Shown here: piece after piece, positions 51,784 through 61,897 of the stretch
Position numbering within the stretch: position 1 is the stretch's first letter
How the letters are laid out: each line of letters begins with the position of its first letter
Notes under the pieces: generated by a model
What the model was told of the DNA's origin: nothing
What the model saw: only the letters and a program-made list of their open reading frames with translations
Databases searched by the model: none
Origin: Blastocatellia bacterium
GTDB lineage: Bacteria > Acidobacteriota > Blastocatellia > RBC074
NCBI GenBank assembly: GCA_046331525.1
Contig: JAXLQQ010000008.1
Location: forward strand, 29,304-93,303
Length of the DNA stretch: 64,000 nt
Reading direction: 5' to 3'
Program-made: the position numbers and the translations under genes

Positions 51784-52696
51784 TTCGCTTGTGCAGGCAA
51801 ACAGTTTTTCGCTGGCCCGCGTCCTCAGCCTTTTCAATTGGACGGATCGTTTGACGCTTGGCTATTTAACTTTCGTCGCCGTCTTACTTGCGGTCAGCCA
51901 GACCCCGCTAGAAAAGCGCGGCAAACTGCTGCTCGCGCACGCAGGATTTGCACTAATGATTGCGGCGTTCGTGTACTTTCGTGAGCGTCGCACGCCGATG
52001 CTGCATTTCCTGAGCTATTGGTATCCGCTCGGCCTGTCGGGCTTTTTCTTTGAAGAGATTCACAGCATCGTTCACGTGATTCAGCGCGGCTGGTTCGACG
52101 CGGGCGTGATTCAATTCGATTACGCCACGTTTGGCGCGCATCCGACCGTCTGGTTTGAACAGCATATCAGCCCGGCATTGACCGAAGTAATGAATTTCTT
52201 TTACTTCACCTACTGGCCGTTGATTCCGGCACTGGCGTTGTTGTTGTGGATGCGACGGCAGCAGCAATTTCACGAATTCGTTTTCGCGCTTTGTTTGTCG
52301 TACATCTTTTGCTATCTCGTCTTCATTTTCTTTCCTATCGAAGGGCCGTATCACACGCTACGGCAGTTACAAACCATTCAGGCGATGCCGGGCGGATGGT
52401 TCACGCATCTGGTCGAATTGGTCGAGAAGCACGGACGCATTCACGGCGGCGCATTGCCGAGCGCGCACGTTGCCGGATCGTTTGTCGCGGCACTGGCGGC
52501 GTATCGCTACGCGCGTCAACTCGGCCACGTAGTTTTGCTGTTGGCGCTCGGCGTGTGTGTGTCGGCGGTGTATGGACGGTATCACTATGTCGCCGACATT
52601 TGGGGCGGCATCGCAGTTGCTCTCACTGGATGGTGGTTCACACAACGGATTTTTCGCGGAAAAATTCGCAAACCAGCCACCATTCTTCCAGGTTAA
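51752..52696 (+). CDS. PAP2-superfamily membrane phosphatase
   Basis: ALPSAHVAGS ... RYHYVADIWGG are the PSGH and SRxxxxxHxxxD-type PAP2 motifs. Multiple TM segments. AGGAGA RBS before ATGATG. Confidence 0.75.
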   Translation: MMEFNRTMQSDSLVQANSFSLARVLSLFNWTDRLTLGYLTFVAVLLAVSQTPLEKRGKLLLAHAGFALMIAAFVYFRERRTPMLHFLSYWYPLGLSGFFFEEIHSIVHVIQRGWFDAGVIQFDYATFGAHPTVWFEQHISPALTEVMNFFYFTYWPLIPALALLLWMRRQQQFHEFVFALCLSYIFCYLVFIFFPIEGPYHTLRQLQTIQAMPGGWFTHLVELVEKHGRIHGGALPSAHVAGSFVAALAAYRYARQLGHVVLLLALGVCVSAVYGRYHYVADIWGGIAVALTGWWFTQRIFRGKIRKPATILPG

Positions 52697-52711
52697 CTCT
52701 TTGGAGTTTTT

Positions 52712-53098
52712 ATGCGCCGAAAGTTTTCCACCCTTTTGCTTTCCGGGCTGCTGATTTTTACGTTCGCGTTACGACCTGTGCAGGCGCAGTCTTCGCCCGA
52801 AGAAAAACTGCGCGCCCGCGTCGTCGAATGGGGGCCGAACAAAGCCGTTGCCATCGAACTCAAATCCGGCGAGAAGCTACAAGGCCGCATCGCCGAAATC
52901 AAAGACGACGCGCTCAGCATTCAATTCCTGCAACAAGGCAAAATTGACACGCGCGCTTTTCGCTGGAGTGAAATCAAAAAGGTTTCGCTCAAACAAAGCA
53001 CCGAAAACAAAGTGCGCAAAACCAGCGGCTTTATTGCCCTCGGTGTGCTGGTCGCGCTTGCCGTCGTGATTGGCGTCGGGCTGTCGCAGTTGGATTGA
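52712..53098 (+). CDS. Small membrane-anchored protein, paralog 1 of 4 (signal peptide + ~70-aa beta domain + C-terminal TM helix)
   Basis: EKLRARVVEWGPNKAVAIELKSGEKLQGRIAEIKDDALSIQF ... ALGVLVALAVVIGVGL. Confidence 0.65.
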   Translation: MRRKFSTLLLSGLLIFTFALRPVQAQSSPEEKLRARVVEWGPNKAVAIELKSGEKLQGRIAEIKDDALSIQFLQQGKIDTRAFRWSEIKKVSLKQSTENKVRKTSGFIALGVLVALAVVIGVGLSQLD

Positions 53099-53511
53099 GG
53101 AGGCAAAGTATGAAATCCCTCTTCATCACATTTCTTACCTGGCTGTTAACGCTCGCGCTGACCGCAAGCCCTGCGGCGGCGCAGAGTAAGGAAGAAAAGC
53201 TCAAAACCAAAATCATTGACTGGGGACTGCAAAAAAACGTAACCGTCCGGCTGAGGAGTGGCGAAACAGTAGTTGGCCGTATTGCCGAAATCACGGATGA
53301 TTATTTTGCCGTGCAAGGGATGAATGCCGGGCAGGTCACAACTCGTAACATTCACTACAACGAAGTCCACCGCATTTCCGGTAAAGGCGAAACCGATGTG
53401 CGTAGGGTTACGCAGTACATCGCGCTCGGTTCGATGGTGTTGTTTGCCGTGCTGGCGGTGGTCAAACTTTCCCAAACGAATGATCGCCCACGGGCGATTG
53501 TTTTTCAGTGA
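53095..53511 (+). CDS. Paralog 2 of 4
   Basis: EKLKTKIIDWGLQKNVTVRLRSGETVVGRIAEITDDYFAVQG ... ALGSMVLFAVLAVV. Its start overlaps the stop of paralog 1. Confidence 0.65.
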   Translation: MRRQSMKSLFITFLTWLLTLALTASPAAAQSKEEKLKTKIIDWGLQKNVTVRLRSGETVVGRIAEITDDYFAVQGMNAGQVTTRNIHYNEVHRISGKGETDVRRVTQYIALGSMVLFAVLAVVKLSQTNDRPRAIVFQ

Positions 53512-53517
53512 GGCATC

Positions 53518-53925
53518 ATGTGCAGCAAATTCTTTTCCCTCGCGCTTTCCTGGTTACTCGTCCTCGCCCTCGCGGTTGCGCCCGTTTTGGCCAGTACACG
53601 AGCGACGTCCGTCACCAAACAACAAACGCAGGAAGCCAAACACAAAAAGCGCATCGTTGAATGGGGCACGAATAAAAACGTATCGGTCAAGCTGAAATCC
53701 GGCAGCAAAGTTGACGGACGCATCGCCGAAATCAAAGACGAAAATTTTATCGTGCAATTGGTCGAGAACGGCCAGGTCGTCAACCGTGAAGTTCGCTATG
53801 GGGACGTAGAAAAGTTGTCAGCCAAGGGCGAACCCAACGGCGGCAAAATCGCGGCGTGGATCGCGCTCGGCGCGGCGGCAGGCGTCGGTGTGCTGGTGTT
53901 GATCGGGCTGGCGTTGGCGGATTAG
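53518..53925 (+). CDS. Paralog 3 of 4
   Basis: KHKKRIVEWGTNKNVSVKLKSGSKVDGRIAEIKDENFIVQL ... ALGAAAGVGVLVLIGLAL. Confidence 0.65.
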   Translation: MCSKFFSLALSWLLVLALAVAPVLASTRATSVTKQQTQEAKHKKRIVEWGTNKNVSVKLKSGSKVDGRIAEIKDENFIVQLVENGQVVNREVRYGDVEKLSAKGEPNGGKIAAWIALGAAAGVGVLVLIGLALAD

Positions 53926-54014
53926 CCTGGTACGACTCGGCTGTCAAATCAATTTCGTACAAATTAATCACAGGTGACAGGCAGTTTGCCTGTCACACCT
54001 TCCGAGAGCTTTTT

Positions 54015-54407
54015 ATGACTAAATTTTCCCTCGTGCTTTCCTGGCTGCTGATCTTGACGCTCGGTGGCGGCAATGTGCTGGCGCAAACCAACAAACAGCA
54101 GGAAAAAGAAACCAAACTCAAACAAAAAATCGTCGAATGGGGCACCAATAAAAACGTTACCCTCAAACTTAAAACTGGCGAAAAGATCGAAGGGCGTCTT
54201 GCCGAAATTAAAGACGATCTCTTCACGCTGCAATTTGTCGACAAAGATAAAGTCACGACCCGCGACATTCGCTACAGCGACGTAGACAAAATTGCCAGCA
54301 AAGACGGCGGCAAGGCCGGGAAGATTGCGGGTTACACTGCGCTGGGCGTTCTGGCAGGCGTGGGCGTGACAATGCTGATTATCCTGGCGGTAATCGCGAA
54401 TAATTAG
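54015..54407 (+). CDS. Paralog 4 of 4
   Basis: The start is at MTKFSLVLSWLLILTLGG. TKLKQKIVEWGTNKNVTLKLKTGEKIEGRLAEIKDDLFTLQF ... ALGVLAGVGVTMLIILAV. A 10-bp hairpin gtgacaggca-gtt-tgcctgtcac lies just upstream. Confidence 0.65.
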   Translation: MTKFSLVLSWLLILTLGGGNVLAQTNKQQEKETKLKQKIVEWGTNKNVTLKLKTGEKIEGRLAEIKDDLFTLQFVDKDKVTTRDIRYSDVDKIASKDGGKAGKIAGYTALGVLAGVGVTMLIILAVIANN

Positions 54408-54446
54408 CGCTTCAACCGGTTTCCCCAGAATGCTCCTATCAGTCAA

Positions 54447-54537
54447 CATTCCACCTTTCACCTTACCCATTCCACATTGATGCTCCGAACGGGTTTGGGA
54501 GTATCAAGGTGGAATGGGTAAGGTGGAAGGTGGAATG
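54447..54537. terminator. 29-nt-arm inverted repeat (1 mismatch) with 33-nt loop, between convergent genes (bidirectional-terminator-like)
   Basis: cattccacctttcaccttacccattccac ... gtggaatgggtaaggtggaaggtggaatg. Confidence 0.6.
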
Positions 54538-54556
54538 CTAGCAGCACAGACAAAGG

Positions 54557-57082
54557 CTATCCGTTGGTAAGCAAATGCACAGCGCCGGCGGCGGCGAGTT
54601 TTACGGTGTCTGAATCTTCGTGCGCGGCCATTTGCTGCAATTTCTCCAACGCTTCGCGCGCCTGCAAGCGGCTCAACGCCCGCACTGCCGCGCGGCGCAC
54701 ACCAGGGCGTGTGTCGTGCAGCAACGGCAACAAATCAGGAGCGGCTTGCGTCAATCGCAACGCCGCCGCCGCCTGACACAACGCATTCAGCACATTGCCG
54801 TCGGTTACCTCGCGCAACATCTGCAACAACGTCGCTGCCGCCTCCTGCACGCGCAATTCCGCGATGGCATTTACCACCAAAATCAACTCACTACGCTCGG
54901 CATAGTTTTGCAGGGCTTCCAGCAAAGCCAGACGATTGGGAGGCGCGCCGCCCTGCGCCCAGATTTCGAGTTGCAGGCGCAAATCAAGCGGAGCGGCAGC
55001 GGCAACCGGGCGCGTGTCGCTGTGCGCGGTCACGCCTCGCACCAGCGCGATGATTTCTGCGCCGTAGGCTTCGATTTTGTTTTCGCCGATGCCTTTGACG
55101 GTTTGCAGTTCGGCGAGCGATTGCGGCTGCGCGGCGGCGATGTCTTCCAGCACGGCGTTGTGCAGCACGATGTACGGCGGCATCCCCAGCTCGCTGGCCT
55201 TCTGCCGCCGCCACGCGCGCAGCTTATCGCCGAGCGGCGCGGCCAATGCTTCCTCGCCCGCCGGAACGACCGTCACTGGCTCCGGCTTCTTTTCCGGGCG
55301 TTTATTGAAGCCGGGCAGCGCGAGCAGCGGTTCTCCAAGCAACGCCATCGCGCCCGCTTCGGTCAATTGCAAACGCGGATATTCTTCGACGGTGAGGTAC
55401 AGCAGGCGCTGCGCAATCAATTCATCCATCCAGACGCGCACCTGTTCCTGCGTGTGCAATTGCAGTGCGCCGTAGCTGCGGGCGCGATGCAAATTGCGTT
55501 CGGTCAGGCGTTTGCTTTTGCTGCCCGCCAGCACGTCGCCAATTAGGCCGCGTCCGATGCGTCCGCCAAAATCTTCTGCCGCCTGCAAAATCGTGCGGGC
55601 AACGCGGTCTGATTCTGCGGTCGCAATCAGGTCGACGTTCCCGCGCGACTTGCCCGCCGGAGCGACGCACACGTCGCAAGCACCGCACGGCCCGGCGAAC
55701 GGCTGCCCGAAAAAGCCGAGGATGATTTCGCGGCGGCATTGATCCAGCGCGGCGTATTCGATCATCCGCTGCAACCGCGCTTCGGCACGCATTCGCCGCT
55801 CATTCAGCGAACGCAAATCCAGCCGGGTGCTGGTCGCGTTCGGCTGTGCCAGCACGTACTTGCCTTCGGCATTCAGTTGCAACAGGTTTTGTTCGTAGAG
55901 CAATTGCAGCCCCGCGCTGACGCTCAGTTCCGGCACCTGCGCCGAGGCGCTGAGTTCGGTCACGGTCACGGGCAACGGATGCGCTTCTTTGATGACGTGC
56001 ATAATCCGTTCGATGGTGCCTGCGTGCGGATACGCCTGATCGAGCAGGAAGCGTTGAATGCGCAAATCCGGCTGGGCATAAAGCAACGAACAGACCGCCG
56101 CCTCGCCATCGCGCCCGGCGCGCCCGGCTTCCTGGTAATAGCTTTCGAGCGTGCCGGGAATGTTGAAGTGAATCACGCGCCGCACGTCCGGCTTATCAAT
56201 TCCCATCCCAAACGCGACGGTAGCAACAATGATCGAAGTGTCGTCTTCGATAAATTGCCGCTGCGCTTTGGCGCGCTCTCCGGCGGACAATCCGGCGTGA
56301 TACAGCCCGGCATTGAAGCCCTGCGCCTGCAACCACGCGGCAGTTTGGTTTGCCTCTTTGCGTGTGCTGCAATAAAGAATGGTCGAGCCGCCGAGGTCAT
56401 TCCCGGTCAACGCCTGCTTGACCCACGCCTCTTTCTCTTCGCGCGTTTGGGCGGCGATGGCTTCCAAAAACAAATTCGGACGATTGAAATCCGCGACGAT
56501 GCGCGTGAGGTTCGGCAAAGCCAGCGCATTGGCAATATCATTCTGCACTTCTGGCGTCGCGGTCGCCGTCAACGCTAAAAACGTCGCGCGTTTCAGTTCC
56601 GGCAAATGCGCAAACAGATTGCGGTAATGCGGGCGAAAATCGTGTCCCCACTGACTGATGCAATGCGCCTCGTCCACCACCACCAGCGAAATGTCCGCCT
56701 CGCGCACGAAGCGTTGAAACCGCGCTGAATCGCAGCGCTCCGGCGCAATGTAAACCAGCTTATGTTCGCCCCGCTCCATCTCCTCAAACCGCGCGCCCAC
56801 ATCCGACGGTGCCAGCGTGCTGCTCAAATACGTCGCGTTATAAATGCCGCGCCGATTCAGCGCCTCAACCTGATCCTGCATCAACGCAATTAACGGCGAA
56901 ATGACAAGCGTTGTCCCCGGCAACAACTGCGCCGTCAACTGATAGCACAACGACTTCCCGCGCCCCGTCGGCAGCACCGCCATCGTATGTCGCCCCGCCA
57001 ACAAATGCTCAATCACTTCGCGCTGATCGGGCCGAAAGCTCGTAAAATGAAAATACTGCTCTAACGCACGCTCTAAATTCAT
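54557..57082 (-). CDS. recQ: ATP-dependent DNA helicase RecQ with HRDC domain and an unusual C-terminal block of PBS-lyase-type HEAT repeats
   Basis: [36 protein letters not shown], a DEAH box and a Zn-finger Cys cluster. The HRDC is ...[29 protein letters not shown]. The C-terminal ~150 aa of Ala/Leu-rich ~30-aa repeats ends [22 protein letters not shown]. Confidence 0.85.
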   Translation of the reverse strand: MNLERALEQYFHFTSFRPDQREVIEHLLAGRHTMAVLPTGRGKSLCYQLTAQLLPGTTLVISPLIALMQDQVEALNRRGIYNATYLSSTLAPSDVGARFEEMERGEHKLVYIAPERCDSARFQRFVREADISLVVVDEAHCISQWGHDFRPHYRNLFAHLPELKRATFLALTATATPEVQNDIANALALPNLTRIVADFNRPNLFLEAIAAQTREEKEAWVKQALTGNDLGGSTILYCSTRKEANQTAAWLQAQGFNAGLYHAGLSAGERAKAQRQFIEDDTSIIVATVAFGMGIDKPDVRRVIHFNIPGTLESYYQEAGRAGRDGEAAVCSLLYAQPDLRIQRFLLDQAYPHAGTIERIMHVIKEAHPLPVTVTELSASAQVPELSVSAGLQLLYEQNLLQLNAEGKYVLAQPNATSTRLDLRSLNERRMRAEARLQRMIEYAALDQCRREIILGFFGQPFAGPCGACDVCVAPAGKSRGNVDLIATAESDRVARTILQAAEDFGGRIGRGLIGDVLAGSKSKRLTERNLHRARSYGALQLHTQEQVRVWMDELIAQRLLYLTVEEYPRLQLTEAGAMALLGEPLLALPGFNKRPEKKPEPVTVVPAGEEALAAPLGDKLRAWRRQKASELGMPPYIVLHNAVLEDIAAAQPQSLAELQTVKGIGENKIEAYGAEIIALVRGVTAHSDTRPVAAAAPLDLRLQLEIWAQGGAPPNRLALLEALQNYAERSELILVVNAIAELRVQEAAATLLQMLREVTDGNVLNALCQAAAALRLTQAAPDLLPLLHDTRPGVRRAAVRALSRLQAREALEKLQQMAAHEDSDTVKLAAAGAVHLLTNG

Positions 57083-57098
57083 CGCAAGGCTCAAAAGT

Positions 57099-57956
57099 TT
57101 AGGGTAGCTGGTCGAGGAAATTCGGCTGAGATGGACCAAGTTTTTTCTTGGGATACCAAAGCCCTACTATCGTAAATACATTTGGGTGAGTAGAAATATT
57201 TCCCAAAAAGAAGTAGAGGTCTTTATCTTGGGCGCATACATCATTCAACTTATCAACCACATCTTTTGAGGCGGATTCTGGAGATTTACCTTTTCGACGC
57301 ATCCGAAAGTACAGTGCGTCTATTTCCCAATCCAAAACACTGAAGTTATGATCTTGCAAGCAACGATCATCATCACAACGGAATTGAATTTTATATCGAT
57401 AATCAGGCGGGCTAAGCGGTTTTACTTGATGGGAAGGATTCGTATCTAAAGGTAAATCCATTTGTTTGATTGCTTGTTGATAATCTCTCCAAAATTTGTC
57501 GCGCTCGTTTTGATTGAGTTTCTCGGCTCGTACTTGACTCACAATTGCAGGTTTTACCAAACCAAGTGACGTATTATCATCTCGCTGACGCTCTTGGATA
57601 GCCTCGACAGATTGAAAAATGTTCCCCGGCTGTAAAACATAAGCGGCTCTTTCGGCCCATTGATTATTTGGCGAAAGAGTCAACCCAGTTTGAATGCCAT
57701 CAAAGCGGATTTTATAGCTTTCCGGGCGTGAGTCATTTGGAGACTTAGCAACAAAGGCATCTATCAACTGATATTTTGAAAAAATCTTTTCATCATCCAT
57801 ATACCTGAGCGGTATTGGATACAATCGAACCAATTGTTTGGTATCCTCAAAGACGCCCCCGGTACAAACTATTTCCTTATAAGTCTTGCTAAGCTCAGGC
57901 CGTGTTTTACCCCAAATTAATATACGGCGACGCTGCCATTTACTTTCCATATTCAC
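57099..57956 (-). CDS. Hypothetical protein in an AT-rich insert (no family recognised)
   Basis: A 285-aa ORF at ~40% GC versus ~60% in the flanks. Its stop overlaps the recQ start region and its start overlaps the stop of the next gene (ATGA). Confidence 0.5.
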   Translation of the reverse strand: MNMESKWQRRRILIWGKTRPELSKTYKEIVCTGGVFEDTKQLVRLYPIPLRYMDDEKIFSKYQLIDAFVAKSPNDSRPESYKIRFDGIQTGLTLSPNNQWAERAAYVLQPGNIFQSVEAIQERQRDDNTSLGLVKPAIVSQVRAEKLNQNERDKFWRDYQQAIKQMDLPLDTNPSHQVKPLSPPDYRYKIQFRCDDDRCLQDHNFSVLDWEIDALYFRMRRKGKSPESASKDVVDKLNDVCAQDKDLYFFLGNISTHPNVFTIVGLWYPKKKLGPSQPNFLDQLP

Positions 57957-58459
57957 TCCACTTTTATTACTTCAAGGAGTTGCCCGCTATTTTGTAGCAC
58001 CTCTAGTAAGACACTTCGATGACATTCACTGTGACTCCGCTCATAGCAAAAAAATGCTGTCCCTCTTTTTCGTATGTTACCCGTAACGAGATCAATAATA
58101 TCAGGGTGCTTTTTTAAATACGACTTATATAAGCGGAGACACCTTTTCAAATCCTCTTTATCTGTTCGATAAGGATTCCCTGCCTCTCTAATGTGAATAT
58201 ACTTTATCCCAGCTTCCGCTAGGCTTTCAGTCAAGGCTACCTTACTAAATCCTTTACGACGTGAATGTGGTGATTCTCGGATATCCAGCAACCGCTTTAT
58301 TTTATAGCTGTTCAAAATATCAATGATCTCCTCAACGGATCGCCTTTCATATCCGAGGCTAATTATTTTTGCGGACTTCAAATGAATACTCCTAACATTT
58401 TCAGGCTCAGGGAAGCTTGCTAAATTAAAATAAGACTTGCTGCAGTACGTAGAAATCAT
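57953..58459 (-). CDS. DUF488-family protein, AT-rich copy
   Basis: KIISLGYERRS ... LLDIRESPHSRRKGFSKVALTESLAEAGIKYIHI matches the DUF488 pattern (..IYTIGHS...DVRS.P.SR...F.K..L...L...GI.Y.H). Confidence 0.6.
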   Translation of the reverse strand: MISTYCSKSYFNLASFPEPENVRSIHLKSAKIISLGYERRSVEEIIDILNSYKIKRLLDIRESPHSRRKGFSKVALTESLAEAGIKYIHIREAGNPYRTDKEDLKRCLRLYKSYLKKHPDIIDLVTGNIRKRGTAFFCYERSHSECHRSVLLEVLQNSGQLLEVIKVE

Positions 58460-58916
58460 CCAGCGAAGATATATCTAACTCTCCTGAATGTAAGATATGC
58501 TTTACTTCAAATCCGCGTCTGACCAGCGTGCGCGTGATCAAATGGTAGCGATGACAATGATGATAATCCGCTTCGCTGCACAGAAACGCGACGCGACATT
58601 CAGCGGCTAAGGCTAATAGCTTTTCCACGCCGGACTGATAAAACTCCGCTTGTTCCAGCAGGTCATAATCCACCTTGCCGCTCGGAAAATAAAACTGCTC
58701 ACCGACCGGACGACCGCCGAGCGTATCGCCGAGAAAAGCGTAGGCAATGCCCGCGCTGTTGACCGTCGCTTTCAGCGTTTCGCGGTTGAATTGCGGCGTG
58801 TAGCGGCTGTATGGCTGGCTGCGTGTGTCCACGAGCAATTCGATGTCGTGGCGTTGCAATAGCGCGACAAACGCTGCGCTTTCCGCATTGCTGTGACCAA
58901 TCGTGTAAAGCTGCAT
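58425..58916 (-). CDS. DUF488-family protein, GC-rich resident copy
   Basis: MQLYTIGHSNAESAAFVALLQRHDIELLVDTRSQPYSRYTPQFNRETLKATVNSAGIAYAFLGDTLGG. Confidence 0.65.
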   Translation of the reverse strand: MQLYTIGHSNAESAAFVALLQRHDIELLVDTRSQPYSRYTPQFNRETLKATVNSAGIAYAFLGDTLGGRPVGEQFYFPSGKVDYDLLEQAEFYQSGVEKLLALAAECRVAFLCSEADYHHCHRYHLITRTLVRRGFEVKHILHSGELDISSLDDFYVLQQVLF

Positions 58917-58920
58917 AGGC

Positions 58921-60471
58921 TCAGGGCGCTTTGACGAACCACAAGAGATTCACGCCCGGACGCAACGCGAATTCGCGCACCTGATAGCCGGGCAATTTCT
59001 TCTCGGCATCTTCCCGCTGTGCGGCGGCGGCGATCAGCGCAGGGCCGGTAAAGTTCTCCGGCACTTCCTGCGCATAGCCGCTGATTTCATAGTTGCGCAG
59101 ATACCAGGGCAGCGGCCAGTAATCGGGCGAAGCGATGTAAATCGCAGCGGGTTTCAGCCGATAAATTTCCTGCACCAGATTCAGCAAATCCTTGTCGGTT
59201 TGCGCGTAAACATAGCCGTATTGCGTATCCGTGTACGGACGCAATTTCCACCGCTCGCCCCATTGCCGAAAATAGGCCGTGTGGTTTTCGTTGTCCTCGT
59301 AATTGACAAAATTCACCTGCCACGACGTGCGCGCAACCGGTGCGGCAACGGCAAGCAGCAACGCGACGAAGGCAAGCTGCGGCGCGGTGAAGCGCAAAGC
59401 TGAAAAGATTTCCTGCGCCATTGTGCCGCTGAACACGGCGAGCGCAATCAGCATACTGACCATCAGCCAGGGCGTTTTGTACGGGATGACGGAGTAGCCC
59501 AAAAACATCCCGAACGCCCACGCCATCGTGAACAACCCGAAGCGCCTTCCGCGCCATAACGTCACGACCGCGCCGACAATCGCCGCCAGCACTAGCGGCA
59601 ATTCCAGCTTGATCAAAATGCCGAGGTAATAGGTAAAGGCGTGATCGTGAATCCCTTCTTTCACGCCGCGCCCTGTCCACATAAAGACCGAGCGCAAAAA
59701 GTCTACCGGCCCTTTCAGGTTGGTAAAAAACGACGTGTAAAACACGATGTAGAGCGAGAGGAAAATCAGCACGAACGGCACAAACGATTTGGCGATTTGT
59801 TCACCAAGAAACGAAAACGGCGGCCACAGTATGGTTTCGCCGCGCACGCGCCGCCGCACCATATCCCAGCCATACGCGCAGCCTACCGCCAGCACTAATA
59901 CAACGACGGTATGAATCGAAGTTTCCTTCGTGACAAACAGTAAGCCCGTAAAAATTGCCAAGACAATTAGGTTATATGGCTTGCGCCAGTTGTACGCCGC
60001 CACAATCATCCCAACCGTGAAAAACCCAAACGACGACTCGTGAATAAAATCGCGCGAGTAATAGACTAACCCCGGACACAGCGCCAAACTCCACGCCGCC
60101 ACCGGCATTCCGACTAGTCCCAACCCGCGCCGCAAGCCCCACATCCACGCCACCGTCAGCACGCCGCACAACGCGGGAAAGGCGCGCAATGCAAAATCCG
60201 TCCGCCCCAAAATCTTCGTCACCACCAACACGAAGTAATACAACGACGGCCCGTGATAATTCGTCGGGTCGTAGTGATAATCCCACCGATCCGCCAGATT
60301 CAGCAAAAAGTACGAATTCACGCCTTCGTCGTGATGCAACGGCTTCAACTCCAGCCAATAAAACCGTAGGAAAATCGCCACTGCGACCGCCAACAGGTAA
60401 GCCACTGTGCTAATAATCTCCGCCCTTCGGTTCGTAGTAAATTCGCTTTCCCTCTCCATCGCAAATCTCAA
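58921..60471 (-). CDS. GT-C-fold membrane glycosyltransferase (family 39 / ArnT / PMT_2-like)
   Basis: About 12 TM segments. An HHDEGVNSYF acidic motif lies in the first periplasmic loop. There is a large C-terminal soluble domain. Confidence 0.7.
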   Translation of the reverse strand: MRFAMERESEFTTNRRAEIISTVAYLLAVAVAIFLRFYWLELKPLHHDEGVNSYFLLNLADRWDYHYDPTNYHGPSLYYFVLVVTKILGRTDFALRAFPALCGVLTVAWMWGLRRGLGLVGMPVAAWSLALCPGLVYYSRDFIHESSFGFFTVGMIVAAYNWRKPYNLIVLAIFTGLLFVTKETSIHTVVVLVLAVGCAYGWDMVRRRVRGETILWPPFSFLGEQIAKSFVPFVLIFLSLYIVFYTSFFTNLKGPVDFLRSVFMWTGRGVKEGIHDHAFTYYLGILIKLELPLVLAAIVGAVVTLWRGRRFGLFTMAWAFGMFLGYSVIPYKTPWLMVSMLIALAVFSGTMAQEIFSALRFTAPQLAFVALLLAVAAPVARTSWQVNFVNYEDNENHTAYFRQWGERWKLRPYTDTQYGYVYAQTDKDLLNLVQEIYRLKPAAIYIASPDYWPLPWYLRNYEISGYAQEVPENFTGPALIAAAAQREDAEKKLPGYQVREFALRPGVNLLWFVKAP

Positions 60472-60489
60472 ATTTCCAATCTCATAGCC

Positions 60490-61809
60490 TCACAACAACC
60501 CGCGCGCCTTCACTTCCAGATACTTGTTCACCAACTGAAACGACAACTGCCCCGCCGGAACATCCAGCGCCAGTCCGCCGAGTTCCGTGATGCGCGCCAA
60601 CGCTTCCTCGCGCTGTTGCAGCAATTCTTCGGCCACGCTTTGGCGATATACATCTTCGACTTGCCTGGGCAACTCAGCGGCTAAGGCGCGCAAATCGTTG
60701 TCGCCAATCGTCACGATCAACGGCAAATGGCGCGGCATCAGCGTGGCGGTGTATGCGAGCAATTCGGCGGACGCTTCGCGGTCAATCAGGTCGGTCAGAA
60801 TAATAACGAGCGAACGGCGTTTGCAATGCTGCGCGAAATACTGAAACGCGCGGGCATACGACGGTTCCGTCATCTGCGGCTTCAGGTTGTAGAGCGCTTC
60901 CAACATCGCGTTGACCTGCGCATTGCCCTGTTGCGGCGGCAGATACGACACGACTTCGCGCGTGAAGGCGAGCAGCCCGACATTATCCGCGCCGCGATTG
61001 GCAACGAAGCCGACGGCGAGCGCGGCATTGATGGCGTGATCGAGCTTTGACAGGTTCTCAATGCGCGAAGTCATTAGGCGTCCGGCGTCTACCATCACGA
61101 CGATGTTTTGATTGCGTTCGGCCTGATATTGCCGCGTTACCAGCTTCCCGCGCCGCGCCGTTGCCGTCCACGAAATATGCCGGAGTGCATCGCCGCGCAC
61201 ATAATCCCGTAGGCTCTCAAATTCCCTGCCCTGTCCCTTCAGCCGTGTACGCCGAATGCCAATTTGCAGCAGCCGATTGCGCTGTGCGAGCAATTCCTGT
61301 TGTTTGGCCGGACTGAGATTTGGGTAGACTTTCACGCTTTGCGCCGCCGGAATGCGCACCTGTTTGATGACTAAGCCAAACGGCGCTGGCCAGCGCAACA
61401 CCAGATCGCCAAAATGATAATCACCGCGCGCCGCCGCAAATAATTGATACCTACGAATGACGGGATTGCGCGTCTTGCGCGGAACCGTGAATTGCAACTC
61501 CCGTTCGCCGCGCAGTTCCAAATCCGGCGGGTACTCATCTTTTACCGTGAAATGAATGTCGCGCGGCGGGCGCATGGTTAGTTCAATCTGCACTTCGTTT
61601 TCCGCGCCGATGATGAATCGCTGTGACAAATGCCGCGCCACCTGCATCTGTGCGGCACCCTCTGCCTGCCGATAATCCAGCCACGCCGTCAAGAGCAACG
61701 CAACATTCCACCCAATCAGCAACCACTTGCTCCCCGCCCAGGGCCAGGTCAGCAACGGCGGAATGACACCGAGGATGAGCAAGATAAAAAACCGTCGCGT
61801 GAAAATCAT
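60490..61809 (-). CDS. DUF58-family (vWA-like) protein, MoxR partner
   Basis: [53 protein letters not shown] is the characteristic DUF58 block. Two N-terminal TM segments. Confidence 0.8.
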   Translation of the reverse strand: MIFTRRFFILLILGVIPPLLTWPWAGSKWLLIGWNVALLLTAWLDYRQAEGAAQMQVARHLSQRFIIGAENEVQIELTMRPPRDIHFTVKDEYPPDLELRGERELQFTVPRKTRNPVIRRYQLFAAARGDYHFGDLVLRWPAPFGLVIKQVRIPAAQSVKVYPNLSPAKQQELLAQRNRLLQIGIRRTRLKGQGREFESLRDYVRGDALRHISWTATARRGKLVTRQYQAERNQNIVVMVDAGRLMTSRIENLSKLDHAINAALAVGFVANRGADNVGLLAFTREVVSYLPPQQGNAQVNAMLEALYNLKPQMTEPSYARAFQYFAQHCKRRSLVIILTDLIDREASAELLAYTATLMPRHLPLIVTIGDNDLRALAAELPRQVEDVYRQSVAEELLQQREEALARITELGGLALDVPAGQLSFQLVNKYLEVKARGLL

Positions 61810-61827
61810 GACATTCCTACTGGCAAG

Positions 61828-61896
61828 CAGGCGTCATAAGTTCAAGCTGTGGCTTGACTGACTGAAGCAAGCTAAAGCTTGAACTCATGACGCCTG
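61828..61896. repeat. 21-nt-arm inverted repeat (1 mismatch) with ~27-nt loop in the moxR-DUF58 intercistronic gap
   Basis: caggcgtcataagttcaagct ... agcttgaactcatgacgcctg. Confidence 0.7.
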
Positions 61897-61897
61897 G

